Assembly: GCA_024626585.2 (NCBI GenBank)
Contig: JANKJI020000002.1
Span: forward strand, 33,994,080 to 34,012,428
Reading direction: 5' to 3'
Length of the DNA: 18,349 nucleotides
DNA from: Ginkgo biloba
Lineage: Eukaryota > Plantae > Ginkgophyta
The notes under the pieces: generated by a model
Told to the model about the DNA's origin: nothing
The model's database searches: none
The model's input: only the letters and a program-made list of their open reading frames with translations
In this document: one piece after another, positions 11,694-18,349 of the stretch
How the letters are laid out: each line of letters opens with the position of its first letter
How positions within the stretch are numbered: the stretch's first letter is position 1
Program-made: the position numbers and the translations under genes

Positions 11694-11834
11694 GTCAGTT
11701 TATTCGTTTGTTTTCTGTTTCACATAATATTTTTGTTGTTTGTTTTGGATACATTTGCATTAGGGTTACATGGGTCATACCTCTGGGTTAGTTAGGTCGA
11801 CTGCCTTATAGATTTGTTTTTACCATTTCTGCAG
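11694..11834 (+). other. Predicted 5'UTR intron 1 of eIF2-alpha
   Basis: Donor AAG|GTCAGT at 11694, T-rich body with telo-box-like TTAGGGTTA (11760-11768), and acceptor TTTCTGCAG at 11834 with an alternative CAG at 11837. Confidence 0.65.
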
Positions 11835-11883
11835 CAGACTTTGAATAATAAAGCCGAACCAATTTCCCTCGCGTCGATTGAAG
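11835..11883 (+). other. Predicted non-coding 5'UTR exon (49 nt, or 46 nt with the distal acceptor)
   Basis: Bounded by a CTGCAG|CAG acceptor and an AAG|GTCAGT donor at 11884. It contains no ATG. Confidence 0.6.
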
Positions 11884-12020
11884 GTCAGTTTTTTTTTTTT
11901 TCCCTTAATGTAATNNNNNNNNNNNNNNNNNNNNNNNNNNNNNNNNNNNNNNNNNNNNNNNNNNNNNNNNNNNNNNNNNNNNGATTTTTTTCCTTTTTCT
12001 TTTTTGTTAATATGTTGTAG
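11884..12020 (+). other. Predicted 5'UTR intron 2 of eIF2-alpha
   Basis: Donor AAG|GTCAGT, poly-T tracts, and acceptor TGTTGTAG at 12020 with an alternative CAG at 12023. It contains an N gap. Confidence 0.7.
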
Positions 12021-12057
12021 CAGACCTTCAAAAACAAATCGACCCATTTTTTTCACA

Positions 12058-12441
12058 ATGACGACAACGACTCCAAATCTAGACTGTAGGATGTATGAAG
12101 CAAAATACCCTGAAGTAGATATGGCCGTCATGATTCAAGTGAAGAACATTGCAGACATGGGTGCCTATGTTTCTCTTCTGGAATATAATAATATCGAGGG
12201 CATGATTTTGTTCTCTGAGCTTTCTCGTCGGCGTATTCGTAGTGTTAGCAGTCTCATTAAGGTGGGTCGTCAGGAGCCTGTGATGGTTCTGAGGGTGGAC
12301 AAGGAGAAGGGGTACATTGATCTGAGTAAGCGTAGGGTGTCCGAGGAGGATATTCAGGCCTGCGAGGAGAGATACAACAAGAGCAAATTGGTGCATTCGA
12401 TCATGCGGCATGTGGCTGAGACCATGGAGCTCGACCTTGAG
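12058..12441 (+). CDS. eIF2alpha: Eukaryotic translation initiation factor 2 subunit alpha, first coding exon (128 codons, partial CDS)
   Basis: [128 protein letters not shown] is the plant-type eIF2-alpha (SUI2/EIF2S1 orthologue) S1 domain. The SELS*RRR phosphosite is Ser56 (codon 12223-12225) and KGYID is at 12307-12321. The start context is ACAATG, and a phase-0 donor GAG|GTGAGT at 12442 falls exactly where homology ends. Confidence 0.97.
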
Positions 12442-13619
12442 GTGAGTAGAACCTATTCATTTACTATTTTTTTCAATTTTTATGGAAGACAATGCCCATG
12501 GCTTGATCGCGGCTATTGNNNNNNNNNNNNNNNNNNNNNNNNNNNNNNNNNNNNNNNNNNNNNNNNNNNNNNNNNNNNNNNNNNNNNNNNNNNNNNNNNN
12601 NNNNNNNNNNNNNNNNNNGATAAATATGTGAGATCCCTGCATCTAATCTAGAAGGTCATTGATCTTAGGTAGTGGATACTAATTTCTTATTGTGATTTTA
12701 TTTATGGCTTGGAAGTATATCTACATTCTCCCTAAACTATTCTTCTTCAAAACAAAAAGGACAAGTGATCTACACTATGAAGCACTAGGCTTAAACTATC
12801 CCTTCTCTATAGGTTTCTCAAGATAATACTTTATTTCCTCATTTTCCATGACTAACTTATGATATAAAATACAATTTAGAAGTGGAGAATTATGAATCAA
12901 GTCTAAAGAGTGGGAAATAGCCCTCTCAAATGGAAGGCCTTTAAGAGGCCTAAATACATATGTGTACTCCTTCAAAAAAAAATAGTTATTGTTCCTATAT
13001 TAAATCAAGTATAGAAAATTATAACTTCTTCAAAGTCTTAGAACTAGATTCTCTAGACTTTCTATGTAAGACTCGAAAAAACTTCTATGAAGCTTGAACC
13101 GATCATTTGTCTTAAGAACCATTAACCAAAATAGATAATTTACCCAAAAGTATAGATGTTAAAAATAATTTGTTTTCATCTTTAAAAAATGATTCATTTA
13201 CAGACTGTTTAGTTCAGCGAGTAAATTATCATCTGTGATACTCCATCATCGTGTTTTTGATTTGAAAGAAATCATTTACAGTTTTTATTCAGTCCAGTCA
13301 GTAAGTTGTATTCTGTGGTTCTGTTTATGGATGTGCCTTTTAGAGCCTCAATTTTATAATGGTGTTTGTGTTTAGCTCCGATAAGGTCAGATCAACATAC
13401 TTACTATGTTTACCAAAAATATAATTTAGTCAGAACTTGAAAATGTATATTTGTCTATTAGAATTCAGGGGGCATGTCCTCTCATACACTTACAGACCTA
13501 ATTCTTTAGTGTCCAAATTAGCAGGTAGCCAGTTAAGGATAAATTCACATGCTTACAGGAGTTAGACAGGAATATGAACTATACTGAAGCCTCTTTGACA
13601 GAAAAAAACGTGCCAATTT

Positions 13620-14221
13620 TGCAACATAGATAAATATCAAAGTACAAGTGCATAAGAAATCATGTTAGTTAATGATTTATACACATACAAGTGTAAATAC
13701 ATGACAGACCTTAAAGGTAGACGGTTAGGAGTAAAAGTAGACTAGGGCAACTCGGCTAGCGTCCACTATTGGCCATTTGGGACTACCTAAAAGGGCCTAT
13801 TTGGTGGGCAACCAAACCTTCAGTGCCAACATAGTACACACTGTCAACACCTAGCGGCTATGACTGCTCTACTACATTCTAGTGTCCACCCCTTAAACGC
13901 AACCAAATAATAGTGGTAGGCCTAGGTTTATTTCCAACCTTTCTTCGGCACTAGGATGGTCTCCCAAGAGAGACATCCATCTCTAACTGACATAATTTAT
14001 GGATGCAAGCATAATTGACTACAACATAAGTGTGTGCAAGAAACAATGTGCATAAAACATAACCATGCAAGCCAGTGTACATGTATAACCCATTATGAGT
14101 GCTAGCACATCCCATGGCACCAAACCATTTTCAAGAGTTCTTAGGGTGCTAGACTACCCTCATTATCAATTTGCCCAAACATATCATAAATGCTCACTAG
14201 AGTTATGGCTTGCATAGCCAA
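13620..14221 (-). mobile_element. LTR-like fragment related to the 8568-10196 LTR, in opposite orientation
   Basis: GGCAACCAAACCTTCAGTGC (13807-13826) matches the reverse complement of 9888-9907 at 17/20. Neighbouring collinear blocks also match (ACTGTCAACACCTAGCGGCTATG, TCCACCCC, TAGGTTTATTTCCAACCTTTCTTCGGCA). Boundaries are approximate. Confidence 0.65.
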
Positions 14222-15329
14222 NNNNNNNNNNNNNNNNNNNNNNNNNNNNNNNNNNNNNNNNNNNNNNNNNNNNNNNNNNNNNNNNNNNNNNNNNNNNNNN
14301 NNNNNNNNNNNNNNNNNNNNNGCGTATCAGAGGGTGTGGAGACTTGTCCGCCAACCTGCATAGAGCCAAATGGCTCCACAATGGCCATGGGTAAGGATTT
14401 AAAACCTATCAAATCTAATTACTATGGCGATGTGCAAATTAAACGCCCCTCATTCGAAGAAATTTCACTCTCTTCGAAGTAGAGCGTTTTTCTCATCAGA
14501 GCTCTCTCAACCACAAAACCCAATATCATCATTCTTTATCGCATTTTGCATTTTTGCCTGACAAAACTTCTACTTTTGAAGTTTCGTTGTTTTGTGCATT
14601 CCATGCAAGAAAGCTTCCACCATTCAACTGTTGGATTCTTGAACCTTCTTATATGAAGTTTTTTTTTTCCACTCAAGCTTGATGCTCTGACCTATTGTAG
14701 CGCTTTGTACAAAATGTCCAAGTATGAACTTTTGCTTGATTTAGTATTGATTGATTTGCATTTTGTAGACTTAGCCGATATTGTTATTTTAACAGGCAAA
14801 TTCCCATAGCTTAGCAATTTTCTTGAGGGAAATACATAGGACTTCATGCTTTAATAGTACAAAATGGTCATGTAGTTGCTTGCATTGAACCCTGCCCCAC
14901 CTCTAGGGCTCATCAACTTGAAAGTTGTTGATAATTGTAGTCCTTGATCTGAAATTTCCTTATTAAATACAAAATGAAAGCATGTTTAACAATTTGACTA
15001 TCAGAGTTTTTGGAAACAACATTTTGAAGTTCAAATTTGATCAACATTAGAGAAATCTTTGATCAAAATATGCAAAACACCATATAAATAAAGACAGAGA
15101 TTCTTCTACAANNNNNNNNNNNNNNTAAATTCTAAAATTTGTGTAAGAAAATTTGCTTAGTTGGGTTTTCATGCCAATGGCTACATATCTCACAACTATG
15201 TGGAAGAAAAATTAAAATTAAATTAATTAAATTTCTATGGTTTTTGCTCCATGGCTTTTTATAGAAGACCTTTACAATAGACAATTGAACGAGAGAGAAT
15301 AATCGGTTACATATAGTTGATTCTAAATA

Positions 15330-17060
15330 TAGTAGGTTGCTAAATTTCCAAGTTTGGAAATAGATCTACATAGATCACTCTCCACATAGGAGTGAAACGA
15401 ACAAAATACTTTAATTATTACAAGATGAATTTTTGGATAGATCATTCCTCCTCTTTTGGAGAGAATGGACCCCATCATCTTCTCATAAGATTAGGAAGCT
15501 ATTATGTTGTTATGAATGCAAAGTGATTATTGAATCTTGTTGGTTGCAAAGTGGTAGCTACACTAGATCGAGTTGAACATAACAACTCACGAGGTATCCA
15601 AATGCAATCTTCTTTTAAGAAGGGATATCATTCATTGAGAAGAACAACAAAGATGAATTGCCATACTTGATTGGTCTTACATTCCACAAAGCCAACTATG
15701 CGTNNNNNNNNNNNNNNNNNNNNNNNNNNNNNNNNNNNNNNNNNNNNNNNNNNNNNNNNNNNNNNNNNNNNNNNNNNNNNNNNNNNNNNNNNNNNNNNNN
15801 NNNCTCTATGTCAACTTGAGATATGGGGCCTCTATGTAGAACTAAATAGGGATTACGTGATCTGTAAATATCTCACCCTTTGTAATGAAGAACTAGCATG
15901 CAAGTATCCATTTACTTTACCATATGCAATTGGCTCCTATCAGCAATGGTCGAATCTTGCCAGGAGCATAGGGCTAAGTACTTCCTTGTACTGAAATGGG
16001 TATCTTCCTTGCATCAAATCATATGCAAGTATGATATCACCCAAACATTGTCCTTATTATTAGTGGATGAGCTCCAAAATTAGTTTATATGGTGCTTTTA
16101 GTGGATGAGCACAATTGATTTAAGGGTTTGTACCTTTTTATTTTGCACACTTTATCAAGGATAGGCCTCATGATTAAATCTATGATTGGAAAAGAGTTGC
16201 AGGCTTGACAAGGGTGTTAGAAAGCAAAAGGTGTTTGGTAGTGCTATCCTAGATGTGTAGATTAAAACACTTTCTCTCCAACAAGGAGAGGGAGGTGGGT
16301 CCTTTAGCAAGGTGTGATTGGCTTCTATATACAAGTTGTCAAATTTAGGCCCTAGTAGGTATAGAATGATACACTCTTCATTAGCTTCACTGTGAAGGGG
16401 GAAATTATCTCACTATTGTGTCTTTAGAATTATTGAAGATTGTAATTTTAGTTTTTCAAGGCTGAGTTGTAATTGTTCGCTATCAGTAAATATTTTGCTA
16501 TCAGTAAATATTCCATGGCATCTAGCTATCTATTTAGCCCCACTAAGTGGTGGAAAGAAGGACAACATCACTAACAAAAGGAGGAAGACGGTCAACATGC
16601 TATTTACATTGCATCCATTGTCTATATGATTACTCTCTTGAATAAGCTATTTTATGCCATTAATATAAAAACTAGTAGGTCCAGAGATGACTTCAATGGT
16701 GGTATGAGTATCTCTACAGAAGCCCTAGACTTTGCCGACCATCCTCTCATTTGAATCCATCAGTGTCCTAATATTGTTTTGAAGGAAAGTTGAATGACTG
16801 CAACCTTTGTAGAAGAAGATGTCTAGGTACAATGTCAAATGCCCTTTGAATGTCAAGAAAGCAACAATAGACCTTTGTGTGTTGTTGTCAAGCCTAGTTG
16901 ATGACAATCCTCATAGTAAGGNNNNNNNNNNNNNNNNNNNNNNNNNNNNNNNNNNNNNNNNNNNNNNNNNNNNNNNNNNNNNNNNNNNNNNNNNNNNNNN
17001 NNNNNNNNNNNNNNNNNNNNNCAATGCCTTGGCAATTGTGGAGGGAGAAAGGAATTAGCA
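15330..17060 (-). mobile_element. Degenerate LINE (RTE/RTE-X-like) reverse transcriptase and C-terminal region
   Basis: Minus-strand motifs in order: FLSPSTIAKAL (~17054-17022); LTMRIVIN*A*QQHTKVYCCFLDIQRAFDIVPRHLLLQRLQ (~16920-16798, the D-F-x-K-A-F-D motif); GCNVNSMLT/LL.VSDVVLLS (~16615-16552, a decayed FADD); KTKITIFN; HLAKGPTSLSLLERKCFNLHI*D...NTLVKPA (~16316-16198); ISYLHMI; EAPYL. Numerous stops and frameshifts. Confidence 0.88.
16479..16512. repeat. 18-bp-period tandem duplication inside the LINE remnant
   Basis: GCTATCAGTAAATATTTT (16479-16496) followed by GCTATCAGTAAATATT (16497-16512). Confidence 0.9.
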
Positions 17061-17413
17061 GATGGTGATGTTTGCAGATCTCTACAATGAGATCCTATCA
17101 TAATGGATTATGTTCCATAGGAAATTGGTATGAATATCAACTACCAAAGATATGGTATTTCAAAGGTGATCTTGGAATAAACATGCATCTGCACCTGATC
17201 CTCTTACATCATTCTAGGCCACATGCTGAAATCCAATTAGAATTTGAAATTGGAGATAATGATATGCTTCAACTGTCATGCTGTGTAATATATCTGACCA
17301 CATCTTGCCTTGATCCACTATATTACACCATTAAGATTTCAGAGTTTGATGGCCAATCACTGGTCTAAATAATGCTACCAATTTGGGTCACACTCTTGAC
17401 AACGTGGTTAGTA

Positions 17414-17551
17414 ATTATTCACGAATATAGCATCACCATAAATACATCCATTAATTACAGAGAATCATCATGAAATCATCGCATTATTCACAAATAGAGC
17501 ATCACCATAAATACATCAATTAATTACAGAGAATCATCATGAAATCATCCC
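17414..17551. repeat. 69-bp tandem duplication (2 copies)
   Basis: 17414-17482 versus 17483-17551, 65/69 identical by manual alignment. Confidence 0.95.
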
Positions 17552-17876
17552 ACAAACATTAATTGCACAAGATTGGGGTACAAAAATTTTATATATTAAC
17601 TTCAAAATAATAGCACATTGCATTTATGGTAGGTGAGGCCTCTCACACCAAACCCTAGACTTTGAAACCGAGCTCTTGCACTTTGGAGGGTTTTTCTCTC
17701 TCCTATTTATACTTTTCTCTCTTTTCAATAATTGTAATGACATGACTCTTCTAAAATTAGGTTGTAAACTTTGACTTTTCATTATGACTCAATTAAATAG
17801 ATACACGTTTTAGTAGCTTCATTTAGTGCATCTTAAAAAAATTTCTGCTGCCATTAATGCTATCTGACAGCATGGA

Positions 17877-18212
17877 TCCATACAGGCTGTACTGTATGGA
17901 ATCCACAGGCTTTAAAGTACGGATGGGGCATACATACATCTGTATGGATCTTTATGGACAAATGTACAGATCCGCACATCCCACACGGACAGACTGTCCA
18001 GGCAGTCTGTACACCCCATATGGATTGTCTGCATTGTCTGCTAATGTCACCTTTTGCTGCTGCGACTGGGTCTGCCATATCATCCTTCTTTGCCATGTCA
18101 TCCACCTTGTCATCTAGCCTTGTGCCATGTCATCCATGATGTAATTTCAGTTTTGCCATGGTACTGTGGTCTTCCTCGTCATCAATTTCTTCAGTCTGCC
18201 ATGTCATCCGAT
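17877..18212. repeat. Palindrome cluster plus TGCCATGTCATCC motif array, probably the terminal or LTR region of a TE running off the window
   Basis: TCCATACAG...CTGTATGGA (17877-17900), GGACAG-A-CTGTCC (17987-17999), ACAGACTG...CAGTCTGT (17989-18010). TGCCATRTCATCC occurs at 18073, 18091, 18123 and 18197, with partial copies at 18105 and 18154. Confidence 0.75.
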
Positions 18213-18349
18213 GCCACTCTGCATATATCTTGCTGATTTTGTTTAATTTGCTAGGTGACCAATCTCCTGTTAACAATCAGTGTGTGGGCTCCCATGGATC
18301 CCTGGTGTTAGGCACTTGGGGACTAATGACAAGAGCACCCTGTCTGGAG

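Larger units (their letters stand above)
12442..18349 (+). other. First coding-region intron of eIF2-alpha (not closed in readable sequence; TE-filled)
   Basis: Consensus donor at 12442. The expected next peptide (xLYxxIGWPLYxKxGHAFE) was not found in readable sequence, although a short exon could be hidden in an N gap. Confidence 0.6.

Noticed and set aside
12004-12651. 215-aa ORF as the full protein
   Set aside because: The first 18 residues run through the intron end and 5'UTR, and everything after 12441 is intron read-through across Ns. Only 12058-12441 is homologous to eIF2-alpha.
13559-13633. Acceptor TTACAG followed by phase-0 ELDRNMNY... as eIF2-alpha exon 2
   Set aside because: No similarity to the expected LYxxIGWPLY peptide, and it ends in a stop.
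17857-18236. Overlapping 60-86 aa Cys/His-rich ORFs
   Set aside because: By-products of the palindromic and TGCCATGTCATCC repeats, with no recognisable domain.

Overview
AT-rich, gap-riddled land-plant genomic DNA. The lineage is probably fern or lycophyte, an inference from my recollection of the LINE family, not a search. The only confidently identifiable host gene is eIF2-alpha (+ strand). It has a CpG-rich promoter region (~11180-11690), a predicted 5'UTR with two short introns, and a first coding exon at 12058-12441 (128 codons, S1 domain, phosphorylatable Ser56, KGYID). A GT donor then opens an intron that does not close in readable sequence. The rest is mostly decayed transposon debris: an L1/Tx1-type endonuclease remnant, a gag remnant, a near full-length hAT transposase pseudogene, a Ty3/Gypsy integrase-chromodomain remnant, a 1.6-kb LTR with its tRNA-Met primer-binding site, a related LTR in inverted orientation inside the intron, and a ~1.7-kb LINE reverse-transcriptase remnant. 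I see no evidence for a wholly new molecular system. The most interesting signals are: (i) an apparent ~190-bp tandem duplication of an intron+exon unit that created an extra AUG-less 5'UTR exon, with NAGNAG acceptors on both copies; (ii) a likely head-to-head second transcript sharing the promoter; (iii) two related LTRs in inverted orientation bracketing the 5' end of the gene; (iv) an orphan exon-like segment at 4928-4995. Seven gaps are exactly 100 N (unknown size), so distances across them are unreliable.
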